Positions 26,461 to 40,061 are shown, counted from the first letter of the stretch. The stretch: 64,000 nt of DNA from Vicugna vicugna (GCA_013265495.1 MU057786.1:62001-126000); one strand, 5' to 3'. Numbers and translations are program-made. The notes: generated by a model not told the origin, from the letters alone.

Positions 26461-29073
26461 AGTTTATGCTCAGATTATACTATTTCAAGGTGATGTTCTG
26501 AGGTGGCAATGCCTGCTTTTGTAAAGTTTTATAAAATTGTCACTAATTATACTGTTGAAGTTATACTTAAAACAGCTGAGTAGTGGTATGCATTGTTTTT
26601 CATATGATAGGAATTGACAGTTTCTTCATAAAAATAGCAAATGTATCTTTAAAAGGTTTATCTGCTATCTCTTACCTGAGTCAGGCAGAAAAGATTTTCA
26701 TCTCTACTTCTCCTGTTACTTGTAGATTATATTCTCTGCATAGTTCTCTGTCTTTAACATACTCTAAATGTCTGGTTCTTAGCAGTACAGACATTCTTGG
26801 CTTTAGTATAGGGATAGCTGCAGTTTTCCCTCAAATAATCTAATACCCTGAATATTTAACAAATCATGAAAATTTAAGGATTTTTGTTTTATCATAGTTT
26901 AGAACACTTTGAGATTATATGATTCTGCTTAAAAGAAAGTTCTAAAGAGCTGAAACATATTCTCATCTTTGCAAAATTTTCTCCTTCCGATTTCCAATGC
27001 TTCTACCACCCATCTCAAAAAAAAATCCTTAGCAATTAAAAAAAAAGCCAAATTGAGATTAATTTTCCCCCTTTTGAGTTTCCGCTAAAGTACCACACAC
27101 GCACATACACAGTTGTGCATTGCAGTGCTTTGCTTTTTCAGAGCTCATGTAGTTTGTAGAGTGTGCTGATGGAATTATTGGTGAGTGCATGCTTCTGTTC
27201 TCATGCTATCCTGGTGTGGGTAAGGCTGGATGAATTCTAATCAGCTTACTGTATTTGTCCTCATTTAGTACATAGTGCTCTTTAAAACTGAGAAATAAGT
27301 TTGGTACTGCTGAAGAATTGATAAGACTTAAAAAAGAATTGATAAGGCTTAAAAACAGTTATTCCAATATTTTTCCTTTTTGAGAGCCAGCTCAATAAAG
27401 GATAGCATAATATTGTCATTTCTTTGTAGCTTTTAATGAGGGAACTCTTCTTACCTCTGCTTTATAATTGTGATTCATTGAGCCAATCTGTTAACTGCAG
27501 CCTTGGCGTTATAGTAGTAAAAACTAATTTTTACCCATTGCTTTTATAGAAACTGGATTATCTCTCATGGATAAATTTTATGCTCCATAGTTCTGCCACT
27601 GGCATATTTTTTCCTTAGCTGTAGTGGAGTGTTAACATTTGACGTCTCCTTATGTGTCCTGCCCCTGGAGAATTGAATAGAAATGAATAATATGTTTAAG
27701 ATTACTAGGACTGAAGTATGCTAAAATGATTCCAAATATTTAGAATATTAGAGTAGTCTTAAGAGCTTTCTGCTCATTTTGTTTTAAGTATTCTTCCCAT
27801 TAGATTGCAGAGCAAACAGAATCCACAAATACTATAACATGGAGAAAAGTTATGGTTAATATGATGCATCTGCTTTTTAAACCACAATAAAATTAACAAA
27901 ATTAAAGATAAACCTGGTGGTATAATCAGAATGACTCAGTTAAAACTTAGCTAAGTTACTCAATGGCAAGAGTGATTTTCATTTTCCATGAAAAGTTGAT
28001 TGCTGTCTGGTATTCCTGCACATACTGTACACACTCACTCACTGAGTAGTGACATTAGAATGTGACATAGTAGTGTTGTGTGGTTTCTTTCCATATACAG
28101 TTCACTTAGGTGCATGTGAAATTGTTACACCTTTTGGAATGATGTAAAGAGCTCAAGAGTCCCTGAGTGTTGTCGTATCCTCCCATCCCCCCAGCATGTG
28201 TGTGTGTATTAACCACTCTAGATGTTACCTTTTATTTTAATTTTTAGATAGTGGGATGTATCTTCATCTCCTCCACCTGCCTGTAATAAACCCTATATTA
28301 ATCTTGTAAAACTTTGAAATAATAGCCAAGGAACAATTTTCATTGGTTTACTTTCCTTTCAATTACTCATTAGCATTAAAGTGGCAAAACACCAGCAAAA
28401 ACCTTTAAGATAATAGTATTTACTAAGTTGTCTTGTTCATCAGAGTAAACAAAAATTTCATTGAATGTATTTTGACTGTAACTTACGCAGTTATGCTGAA
28501 TACGTTAGGCTTCAAAGGCTTTTCAAAAATTTTATTTATTGTAGCAAAAAACACAGCATGAGATCTACCCTCAGGAAATTTTAAAGTGTACCATATTGGT
28601 AACTACTATTAGCACAATATTGTCCCATGGATCTGTAGAATTTTTTCATCTTGCATGACAGAAACTACTCATTGAACAGCAGCTCCCCATTTTGCCCCCC
28701 TCCAGCCCCTGGTAACCACCATTTCTGTTTTTATGAGTATGACTAGATATCTCATAAGTCGAATTATGCAGTATTAACTCCTTCTGTGACTGGCTTATTT
28801 CACTTAGTATAGCAGCCTAAAGATTCTTTCATGTTGTAGCGTATGATAGGATTTCCTTCTATTTTATTGATGAATAATAGTTGCCTCTTTTCCCTACACT
28901 TGTTTTTTGCTCTTTTCATGGTGGCCATCCTGATGGGAACGAAGTGATACTTCATTGTGATTTTGATGTTGTATTCCTCTTAATGCTTAGTGATGTTGAG
29001 CATCTTTCATGTACTTCTTAGCCATTTGTATGTCTTCTTTGGAGAAATTTCTATTCAGATCTTTTGCTTCCTC

Positions 29074-29680
29074 TTTTTTTTTGCCCCCCCCCCCACTGTG
29101 AAAACAGCTCTTTAATAAAATGACTAATTTTGGCAACTGGCCCTGAGAGGAGATGGAAAACCTACTTAGTTTTACTGCCATGAGTGACACATACCTTAAA
29201 TCTGAGTTTCTTGCCAGAAGACTTTTAAAATTTTAATTGTAAATGCTGAGGACTTTTTTAAAAAACATCAACTAGCTGAAAATTCTGGGCATTGTTCATC
29301 ATCAGGCATATTATATTTTAAGGAAAGGAATTTTTAGCAAGTTTAGCACCCGAATTACATTAATAGATCCAGTCAAGTGTGGCTTTTAAAAGACATTGCT
29401 CTTGGTCTATTTTATAAGTGACCAAAACAAAGAGAGAAAGAATTTTTGTTTTTGTTATTTTCAGTTTTAATAGGATTGTTAGTTTGACTGCACATGTACA
29501 ATATATTGCATGTAAATACATATACATAATATACTGCACTTTTTTTTAGTTAACATATATGTACTGATTATTGTTTCTAAGAACAGTTTAGAGATTTAGC
29601 TTTTTAAAGTTACATAGTTGTCAAAGGAATAAAGCCAACCACAAAATAAGAATCAACGGAATGCTGTGATCCAGTCATCA
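29074..29680 (-). other. Non-L1 insert inside L1, probable retroposed mRNA 3' end or transduced sequence
   Basis: L1 text stops at 29073 and resumes at 29681; the minus strand has ATTAAA (29111-29116) then an A tail (29074-29082); degenerate flanking repeat. Confidence 0.6.
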
Positions 29681-30252
29681 TTTTGCCTGTCTTTCAATCA
29701 GGTGGTTATTATTGTCTGTTATTTTTCTATTGACTTATAGGAGTTCCTTGTGTATTTTGGATAGTAACTCCTTATCAGATACATGATTTGCAAATATTTC
29801 CTCCCATTCTGTAGGTCACCTTTTTACACTTAATTGTTCCCTTTGCTGTGCAGAAGCGTTTATGATGTAGTGCTACTTGTCTGTGCTCGCTTCTGTTGCT
29901 CATGCTTTTGTGCTTGTGCTTCTTGGCAAGAAGTCATTGCCAGGTCCAGTGTTACGTATCTTTTCTCCCATGTTTTCTTCTAGGAGTTTTAGTTCTAGGT
30001 CTTATGTTTAAGTCTTTAATACATTTTGAGGTGATTTTTGTGTATGATGTAAGATGAGGCTTCAGTTTCATTCTTTTGAATGTGGATATCCAGTTTGCCC
30101 AGCACCATTTGTTGTAGAGACACTGTCCCCGTTGTGTAGTCTTGGCATCCTTGGTGAAGATCATTTGACCATAGATATGTGGATTTATTCCCGGGCTCTC
30201 TATTCTGTACTGTAGGTCTATATGTTTATCTTTATGCCAGTAGCATACTGTT

Positions 30253-30363
30253 GTTTTTTGTTGTTGTTGTTGTTTTTAATGGAAGTACTGGGGATTGAAA
30301 CCAGGACCTCGCTCATGCTAAGCATGCACTGTACCACTGAGCTATATACCCATTTCCCTACCC
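30253..30363 (-). mobile_element. tRNA-Ala-derived SINE (Vic-1-like) nested in L1
   Basis: gtactggggattgaaaccaggacctc...gctaagcatgcact.taccactgagcta; flanking repeat tactgtt. Confidence 0.88.
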
Positions 30364-30951
30364 TACTGTTTTGATTACTTTAGCTTTGTAATACGTTTTG
30401 AAATCAGGAAATGTGGGGCCTCTGGGTTTTTTGTTCTTTCTCAAGATTATTTTGGCTATTCAGGGTCTTTTGGGGTTCTATATGAATTTTGGGTTTGTTT
30501 TATCTACTTCTGTAAAAAATACCACTGGAATTTTGACAGGAATTGGATTGAATCTGTAGATCGTTTTGGGTAATATGGTCATTTTAGCAATATTAAGTTA
30601 TCTAATCCATGAACACAAGATGTCATTCTATTTCTTTGTGTCTTTAATTTGTTTCAGTGATATTTTGTAGTTGTTGGGGTACAAATCTATTGTCTCCTTG
30701 GTTAAGTTTATTCCTAAGTTTATTCTTAAATATTTTATTATTTTTGATGTTACTGTGAATGGAATTTTCTTCATTTCCATTGGATTCTTCTTTGTTGGTG
30801 TATAGAAATGCAAATGATTTGTATATCATACAGCTTTATTGGTTACATTTATTTGTTCTAACAAAGTTTTTTTTTTTTTAATGTGTGTGTGTGTAATCTC
30901 TAGGGTTTACTTTATGTAAAATTGTCATCTGTGAATAGAGAAAATTTTCTC

Positions 30952-30986
30952 CCTTCCTTCCTTCCTTCCTTCCTTCCTTCCTTCCT
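30952..30986. repeat. (CCTT)n microsatellite
   Basis: Directly visible. Confidence 0.9.
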
Positions 30987-31659
30987 GATTTGGAGGCCTT
31001 TTATTATTTTTTTTTCTTTCCTAATTGCTTTTGCTGGTATGTTCAGTACTATCAGTGAGAATTAGTGTGAGTGGGCACTCTTGCCTTGTGCCTGATCTCA
31101 GAGAAAAAGTTTTCAGTTTTTCACTGTTGAGTATGATGTTAACTGTGGGCTTTGTATTTATGATCTCTATGTTGGGGTAATTTCCTTTTGTTCTTAGTAT
31201 GTTGAATGTTTTTTCATGAAAGGGTGTTGAATTTTGTTAAATGCTTTTTCTGCACCAATTGAGACAATCATGTGATTTTTGACCTTCATTCTGTTAATGT
31301 TGTATATATCACATTGGTTGATTTTCGTATGTTGAACCATCCTTGCATCCCAAGGATAAATCCTAAATGATCATGGTGTGTGATCCTTTTAATTTGCTGT
31401 TGAATTTAGTTTTCTAGTATTTCGTTGAAGATTTTTGCCTCTGTATTTATCTGGGATACTGTTGAATTACTTTTGATAAGAATTAAGACAGAATATCCAA
31501 GTCTGCTTTTTATAATGTTAGTATTTGTTATCAGAATGTGTTCATTCATGTCAGTTGTAGTCCCTCTGTTACTTGGCTACACCATATACTCCAATTCCCT
31601 TATGAAGATGCTGGTCTCAGACAGAACTGCACATCATCATATAATTATAACTGTTATTA

Positions 31660-31875
31660 TTAATAATATTTGTAAAGCACATATTGTTTCAGGCACTCCA
31701 GTATATGTTTTACACATATTCATTTAATCCTCACAATAACCTTTTGCAACAGGTACTGTTATTAACCCTATTTTACAGATGAGAAAAATTTTTAGTAACA
31801 AGCAATAGTAGAGTTTACTATTTATCTGGATTTTAATCCAGACCATCTGGTTCCTGAGTCCACTTTATAACTGTT
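31660..31875 (-). mobile_element. MIR SINE
   Basis: catttaatcctcacaataacc...ctattttacagatgagaaaa. Confidence 0.8.
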
Positions 31876-32805
31876 AGGTGTATTGCCACTCAGAATTAAC
31901 TAGAAGAGGGTCTATTTACTTTAGAATGTTGACCCACTCCACCATTTTGTTACCTGTGAAACCAGGTTACCTTTTTACTATCCAAAAGATTGTTAATAGG
32001 AGCTTTGAGGCACCTATTCTTTTCAAGTCTTGTTATCTTCCTAGGCTTATGACTGTGCTTTGGTATTAGTAGTTGCTTAAATGCAAGATCTGACGACTAG
32101 CAGGCATGTAGATGATGTAGATGTTTGAGAGAAAAACATTTAAGAGAGAGCTAGATTTTATAATTTATGTTGAGTCTGCTCTATGTGGTTGTGCCTCAAG
32201 GGGCCTGATCAAGTCATTGCATGAGTGCATAAATTGCTTTAGATTACTAATGCTGTGTCACTTTATGCTACCTGATATATAAAAATAATGCATTTGTATA
32301 CATAGTACAAATGAAACTTTCTGCTTTATGTAAGTTTCATAATAGATTTGTTTTAGCATTAAGGTTTTCTAACAAATATGTGAATCAGTTTAAACTTTAC
32401 TTTTAAAAAGCCAGTTCTTGGGACACTGTTGTCTTTGTCACAGCATGGTTACTTCGAAGATAGTATTTGTATAAAAAGATAACTTTATTGTATGATTCCA
32501 ATTATGTTACTTCACTGCAGCGAATAAGGGAAGATGGTTAATTTTTTGATACAGATTTTTGGCTAGTCTTGAAGTATGTTTCTCCTCTTTTTGTATGTAG
32601 TACTAGAAATCTGAAGATTATTAATTATTACCCTCTTACAAACAGAATCTCTAATAAGATCAAACCATTTATTTGAAGTTTAAAAGACATAATTTAACAT
32701 CATTTTTGTGATGGAGAAAATGTTGTCAGTCTGTTTAATCAGTCTTCTTTTGAAAGTGAGGATTTGTTCCTTTTATACCGGTTTAATCCTATGGATATGA
32801 TTATG

Positions 32806-33110
32806 CAGGCTTACGGTTATTTATTCTCAATTCTGAAGTTCAAAGTATTAAAACCGAAAGTTTTTTTCATTAAGTTTGTAGTATATTGATTTGGCAGCAA
32901 ACTAGCCTGAACTAGGGTGGGGCAATTTACATCTTTATCCCACCCAGTGTGAATATTTATAATTTTGCTGCAGAAATCATGTATCTTATTACATAGTACT
33001 GCTGTAGATTCCATTATGTAATTGTGTGGTATACATACCATATTTACCTTTATAACTTTTGAATAATGGCACTCGTCTGGTCCTACCAGGGTCACTTAAA
33101 TGAAAGAACC
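32806..33110 (-). mobile_element. Second MER46C-like Tigger element
   Basis: aaaaccgaaagttttt...atttggcagcaaa...ttatcccacccagtgtgaatatt...gctgcagaaat, antisense-similar to the 3587-3861 family. Confidence 0.55.
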
Positions 33111-33474
33111 ATTATCACTTGTCATAAGCTGCCTATTTCCATTGTTGGAAGAATGTGGGGCATGAATCAGTAGTATGAGGAATAAAGAACAGGTTGAATT
33201 AACTGTATTGATTAGTAAGTTAATATAAGCTTGGCAAGAGGTTTAATTTCTTTTCTTGGTTGAAAATAGTTCTAGAACACTGATTGTTGATTTTGTGGTG
33301 GAAAAACACAGTGACCCCCTGTCTGCTACAGGGCCGGATACTGTCTGTCCTCTGTCTAGGATCTGTGTTTCTGTATTTAAATTATTCTTTATGATTTTTA
33401 GTTTTTAAAATGAGGTAATTTTATAAGGATGCAGAGTAAGGTGGAAACAGTTGATCTTTTCCCACTTTCTCTAG

Positions 33475-33570
33475 TCTCCTACAAAAGCTGTATATAATGC
33501 CAGACATTGGAACCATCCAGACTCAGAAGAAATACCTGGGCCACCAGTAGGAAAACCTCAGAGTGTCACA
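33475..33570 (+). CDS. WAPL: WAPL exon 5 (96 nt), includes YNARHWN motif at 33493-33513
   Basis: ttctctag|TCTCCT ... GTCACA|gtaagt; [32 protein letters not shown]. Confidence 0.96.
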
Positions 33571-34650
33571 GTAAGTGAACTGTACTGTTTAATTTCATGT
33601 TTGTGTAATGAATGGTAAATTAATTAATCAGTTGCTATCTTCATTCATAATTTGAAAGTCTCTGGCTTTTCTTACAGTTTATTTTCAACTTCCTCACTAA
33701 AATTTAGTAGCTTCAGTTTAATTCATTGGAACAGTAAAGATTGTGGACAAGATAACAGAAATTCTGGTATTACTAGGTTATAAATGAAAGCCTTAAAAAA
33801 TATTAGACTACTTTATTTACTCCTGACCCATATTTTATGGAAATACAGTATTATGTATTTCATAGTTTGTAATAGTTTGTATTAACTATTAAGAGCTATA
33901 TTATAATTTGCATTGATCTTAAAGTGGCTTTGAGTGATTAATTTGCTTTTCAGAGCAGAACTTTTTCCTGCGTTCCAATAATACCTTTCAATTCAAAACA
34001 CATTTGCAAAAAGTTCTTATCAGATTATTTTCTTTAGAATAACTGATAGGGCCATACATTAATATTTCTGATTAATGGTGACACCTCAGCCATCTGGAGC
34101 TGTCAAAGAATGAGTACGTTATAACAACAAAAATAGGGATAGAAATCATTCTGAAATATACTGTACTGTTCCTTGTCTTCTTAAGTTGATATATTAAACT
34201 CCTTTTACTAGTATAGAACTATCACTGTGCATATTATGGCTGTTTTTTCCTACCCTAAACTATAGATGCTTCTACTTTAAAAATTCTTTTGTCTGTCTGT
34301 TATAGTTTTCTTGGCCATCCTGAGCTGCTTAAAAGTGCTATTTATGTATGTAATTGTGGTTCTTTATTTCTTCTAATGGTCCTGGAGACAAAACAAAATT
34401 TATGAAATGTAAGTTTAAAAAGACCAGAAGGAATTCCTGAGTGGTTCTTTTGTGGATAAAACGTACATGAGTCTTACCTTGTAGTGCATGGAATTTTTAA
34501 AGTATCCCTTATGACCTTTCAGAGGCTGCCTCCTACCTTCTGCAGGGGGAGAGGGGATTATTCTTCTTAAGCTAAATTTGCCAAGTAGATGAGATGTTAC
34601 TATTTTTATGTATTTATTTAGAACAACTAATTTAATACCTTTATTAATAG

Positions 34651-34803
34651 GTGAGGCTGTCTTCAAAGGAACTAAATCAAAAAGATGATGGAGTTTTTAA
34701 GGCTCCTGCACCACCACCCAAAGTGATAAAAACTGTGACAATACCTACTCAGCCCTACCAAGATATAGTTACTGCACTGAAATGCAGAAAAGAAGACAAA
34801 GAA
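34651..34803 (+). CDS. WAPL: WAPL exon 6 (153 nt)
   Basis: taatag|GTGAGG ... AAAGAA|gtaagc; VRLSSKE...[11 protein letters not shown]...EDKE. Confidence 0.96.
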
Positions 34804-35058
34804 GTAAGCAGCCATATACAGTTTTACTGCACGTGGATAGAGTTTTGTGTTATCTAGCCTTTTAATGTCTTGAACACATATTAGCACCCTGATACTCAAT
34901 TTTGAACCATGAACTTACCCTACTACTACCCATGTTTTTACTTATCTTTTGGTTGACATCTGATAAACTATCCATTTTAAGTAGAGCACAGCAAGCCCAT
35001 AGATTTAAATATGCTACTGCATAGTTAAAAAGGAAGTGGACTTATGTTTTCTTGGCAG

Positions 35059-35195
35059 TTATATACTGTTGTTCAGCATGTGAAGCACTTCAATGATGTG
35101 GTGGAATTTGGTGAAAATCAAGAGTTCACTGATGACATTGAGTACTTGTTAAGTGGCTTAAAGAGCACTCAGCCTCTAAACACACGTTGCCTTAG
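35059..35195 (+). CDS. WAPL: WAPL exon 7 (137 nt)
   Basis: ttggcag|TTATAT ... CTTAG|gtaaga; [45 protein letters not shown]. Confidence 0.96.
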
Positions 35196-35933
35196 GTAAG
35201 ACTTTTTTTATATATTTGGTAATTGTATGCATGCTCTTTCTCATTAAAAATTTCTAACTGCATAGAGCACAACATTTGTGATTTTGTTATTATAGGTGTA
35301 GGCTATAGCCAGTGATAAGTTAAAACGTGATTGATTTCTTTTAAGGGACTTGATTCTACATGGACGAAGTAAAGTTGGATGATACAGCCTTTTGAAAGTA
35401 TAGAATAGGATTCACTTCCGATGCTTAGAAGGAGTGTTATTCTAAAAAATCTTTTCAGTTCCTTCTTAGCCCCAAATTTTACACATGCAGATGATAAATT
35501 TGATTGACATATGTTTTGATTTGAATCATCTTTTACATACTGTAATGGATTGAATATCTTGATTTGACTGAATTATCCAGACATTTGGAATATGTCCAAT
35601 TAGATATTATTTATACTCTTTATGAATTAGAAGCATTATGAAAGGTAGCTGAGATTTTTTTGCTTTTAATTTAATGGTAGTGATAATGTAAGAAATACAC
35701 TGAAGATGATCCTGTGTCATATTTTTTAATATAGTGTGCATAATCACATACTATGCACCAGTAAGTTTTTTAATAATTTGGTTTGCCCATGTTTTTTATA
35801 TTGTCATCTGTATGGGCTTTGACCCCCCACCCCGACCTACCACGTGTCTTTTTGCTTGTTTTGGTACTGTGCAAACAGAAAATTAATGCACTAGGTATTT
35901 TCAGTTCCCCTAACCTAGTCTCTTTTCTTCTAG

Positions 35934-36045
35934 TGTTATTAGCTTGGCTACTAAATGTGCCATGCCCAGTTTTCGAATGCACCTGAGAGCACACGGAATG
36001 GTAGCAATGGTCTTTAAAACCTTGGATGATTCCCAGCATCATCAG
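35934..36045 (+). CDS. WAPL: WAPL exon 8 (112 nt)
   Basis: ttctag|TGTTATT ... CATCAG|gtattt; [38 protein letters not shown]. Confidence 0.96.
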
Positions 36046-37494
36046 GTATTTAAGTTTCTGGGATTGAGAAGCATTATTTTAAAATTCTAGTTTACTTAGC
36101 TATTGAAAAAATACCTTCATTGAATATTCATCTATAAATATTTCCTAATTATGAGTTAAGTTTTATTTGCTTAATGCCAGAAGTTTTTGCTTAATAAATC
36201 AAAGTTATTTGCTCATGACATTTTTCTCTTAACCTGTCAATTTATACTGTTAAAACATTAATTCAGTTATTATAGCTAGCATACTACTGGAGATTTAATT
36301 CTGTAAGCATTGATTTTCTCTAATCAAAATTACTGGAAAAAAATCTTTTATGGTTTTTGATATTAATAGCACAGAAAAAAGTTCTGATAAAAAATTTTTT
36401 TTAACATTTTATCTGGATGTTGACTATAGAACATAGCCCATTATGAAAAGGGATCAATTTCTCATTTTCATTATGACTTTGACACTTTCTCTTAAAAATA
36501 AAGCATATTTACATTAAAAAGTTGGGTTTAACATTTTTGAAATTAGAAAAAAAATCACTACTAATCATGATCAGTAGTGGTATTTTGAGGTGGCTTTATT
36601 AATTTTTGTTCAAGGAAATCTCCCAGGGCCTATGCCATTTTAATTTCCAAAACTACTTTGCTCTGTAAGCATTTAGGTAGAATTTTGAACCTAATCAGAA
36701 TTTGGGAGATTCAGAGCTTAAATCTTTAGATAGTTAATTGTGTTTCTGTGCATTGAAACAAGTGTTAAGTACAGAATATCCTAAATGTTGGAATATCCCA
36801 ACATAGACTTTTTTTGTTATATTAACGCTTACCTATAATATATCACCTTCAGTGTTTGTAGATTTTATTGTAAGCAGAGTGTACTACTTGATCTGAATGA
36901 TTTTGAGAGCACATTATATTAATGGTTTTCTAAAAATTACTTGCTTCACCCAGGCCTGATAGGTTTATTTTAAAGAAATGAGTCTAAATAATGCTTATTT
37001 GAGCATCCTAGCTTTATATATATTGACACAAACTCAGTTGTTTTCCTTTTACATAAAAAAAATAGCTGATTCTGATACAGATTTTACATTTATACTATTG
37101 CATTTAGTTACTGATTTTAAACTGAAATTCGACTTTATCTACTGTATCATAAAGAACAAAGAGTGAAGGTATTTTAAAATAGGATTATTTATAGCTGGAA
37201 AAGTATTTTGTAAACTCTTCATTTAGTACAGAATGGCCTCCAAAATATGTAATTCCACTTGAATGCCCTAAAGCTAGAAGCATTTAGGTAGGGAAATTCT
37301 GTAGAAAGGAAAATTTTAAGCAACGGTACTTTATGTATTTATCTAATTCATATTTCCGCAGCATATTTTAAGAGGGGAGTTTTCACTGAATAAAACATTT
37401 TTAAGGTTTCCAGAATATGAACAAACATCAAAATGATCTTATCTCCTGAAATTATCACTAATTGCTTACTTTTTTTTTTTTTTGTCTATTGAAG

Positions 37495-37722
37495 AATCTG
37501 TCCCTTTGTACAGCTGCCCTCATGTACATACTGAGTAGAGATCGTTTGAACATGGATCTTGATAGAGCTAGCCTAGATCTAATGATTCGACTTTTAGAAC
37601 TGGAACAAGATGCTTCGTCAGCTAAGCTGCTGAATGAAAAAGACATGAATAAAATTAAAGAAAAAATTCGAAGGCTCTGCGAAACTGTACACAATAAGCA
37701 CCTTGATCTAGAAAATATAACG
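37495..37722 (+). CDS. WAPL: WAPL exon 9 (228 nt)
   Basis: poly-T tract then ttgaag|AATCTG ... ATAACG|gtgggt; [16 protein letters not shown]...LDLENIT. Confidence 0.96.
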
Positions 37723-40061
37723 GTGGGTTCCTTCCTTCCATTATAAAATGAAAATTACTTTCAGAAAGTTTTTAGTCATAGTAGCTGTGTGACTTTGGAC
37801 AAATCATTTCACCTCTTGGTTTATAATTTGGCAAATTCTTCTGATGTTTTGCTCAGCATAATTCTGTTTCCTAAAATGGCCCATGGGTATTTAGATTTTT
37901 TTTTTCCTGGCAACTTTTTTTCATTGCAGTTTGCTTAATCCTTTTCCTTTTTGTTTGTTTGCTTGTTTTTAATATAACTACATTGAGGCTAGTAGGAATT
38001 TGAATTCTTACTCTTCGTAGATTCCAGTAGTAAAGACTCAAAAGATTTTCAAAAGCATTTTCAATGAGCATTTATTTATTTCAGAGTTATTGCATGATAT
38101 CTGATTAACTGCTGCAAGAGATCAAGACTCAGAAGGAAGATTCCTAGGCATCAGCCCTTTTCTGGAGTATTGTCTCTCATACTGGGGATCAGTCATGGCT
38201 GTGGCTACCGTTAGGCTCAGTGCAACTCCCCAAGTTCAAGATGATTGTGTTGCTTTCAGTTGATTTTAGTTCTACTTCCTTCTGGCTTTTTAAAAACTTG
38301 TCCTAAAGATTAGTAGGTCATTAAAAAAAATATATATATATATATAAATACCCAACTTTCAGATATTTCCAACATTTGAATTATGTAAGCATTGATTTCT
38401 TTTACTACCCACAAAACTGAAGACTGCAGCATTTGCCTCAAAAATTGCAGAATGCTTCATGTTAGCCACATATGACTTAGGGATATTGCTGTGTTTAGTT
38501 AAGATAGAGTAGGGAATAGATTCAGGTAGAGTGGTGTTTGAGAGGGAAAGTGAGTTACCATTAAAAGTCAGGATACAAATTACATGTACTCAGTACTTTA
38601 AATTACTAAAATTAGAAAAGAGATAAGATTGTAGATAAGCAATCCTTCTACCTCACCAAACTATCTGTATGCTATTTTAAAAACATATTTTACTTTTAAA
38701 AGTAAAAGTTATTTACTTTTAACATTTTTACATATACTAATTTTTAATGGTAAAAATTTGAGCCTATAATTTTTATTTGCTGCATGATTGAATAAACATA
38801 CCTTTAATACTATTTTGTCTCCCATATTGTTGTACATTTCAATTCTTTCCAGGCATTTTCTCTTAAATAACATGATGATAAACATACTCCTTGAATTTTC
38901 TCCATCATTTGTTGAATTTATTAGGATGGTAAATACCATTGTAACTTTCTTATATTGTGTTAAGGAGTTAACCACATGATTAAAACCAAACGCAGTTGCT
39001 AATATTAGGATGACTCTTTTTACATCCCTCTCCCCATTTCAACTGGTCTTGAATTTTGTGTGTGTTTTAAATCTTACAATAGACATTGCTTTATATAGTG
39101 ACTATCTCCTACACATAAGTTTGGTTTGTTTTATTAATTGTTCGACCTCTTCCTTGAAATATATTGCTACTCCTGATGTGCTGTGGAAAGATAATTCAAA
39201 ATATTAATATAATGTTAAAATAATAAGTATAATTCAAATAACTGAGAGCACACAATTGCTGGGTAGTAGTCTTAGTAATGATTGGGTTGTGCTTTAACTT
39301 TTCGAAGACTATTCCATTTTCAGATAAAATGTGAATTGTATGCTGCTTTTAAATACTAGCTTGTATAGTGTACTGAATATAGCAAGCAGTCCTTTTTATG
39401 CCTATAGAAACAAACAGTAAAGACCCCTTTTTTGCATAAAACCTTGTGAATCTTTGCTATGTTAACCCCAAATTACTATTACTCTCTTTTCTAAATGAAG
39501 AAAGCCTTATTAGTCTTCAGCTTTTCACTACTGTGACTCACGAGCTGACTTACCTGAACTGATCCCATTACATTACTCTTTCAGGGCCCTAGAATGAGAA
39601 CTGGGCAAAACTTAATCTGTTTTTGGAGTATTGAATTCTAGTTTTATATTTATCACCTTGGACATCAACCTTGCTTTTTTTTTATAAAGAATAAAACAAA
39701 GTCTTTAGATCTCTTCTAAATCTAGTAATACTAAGATTTTTGCTGATAAGATCTTTTTTTTTGCATTTCTAAATATCTAATGTATATTCAGTTTCAAATA
39801 GGTCAGGAAGACTTAATGTAAACTTGCATCTTTCAAAGGAAAGACGCTTTGGGAAGAAAATCAGGTGTTTTCAGCTTTGCTAATTAAAGCATTTCTTTTG
39901 TTAGACTGAAGTTTCTTTATTGCAGCAGGAACTAGGTTGCCCTTTATTCAGAGGATGGCTATGAGTTTTTTTTTTTTTTAAAGAAATACAAAAAAAGAAA
40001 AATTAAAGGAAAAGAAAAATAAAAAAACTGACTGGTTTATAAATACAGCTCTGACTGCTCT

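Larger units (their letters stand above)
28530..31460 (-). mobile_element. L1 element (3'UTR and degraded ORF2), interrupted by two insertions
   Basis: Minus-strand ORFs give L1 ORF2-like peptides (KDLNRNFSKEDIQMAKKYMK; LYNKWCWANWIS; IPFTVTSKIIKYL). Confidence 0.92.

Noticed and set aside
29600..29681. Possible C/D snoRNA (ATGATGA on the minus strand at the insert end)
   Set aside because: No suitably placed CTGA D box or terminal stem, and it is antisense to the host transcript.
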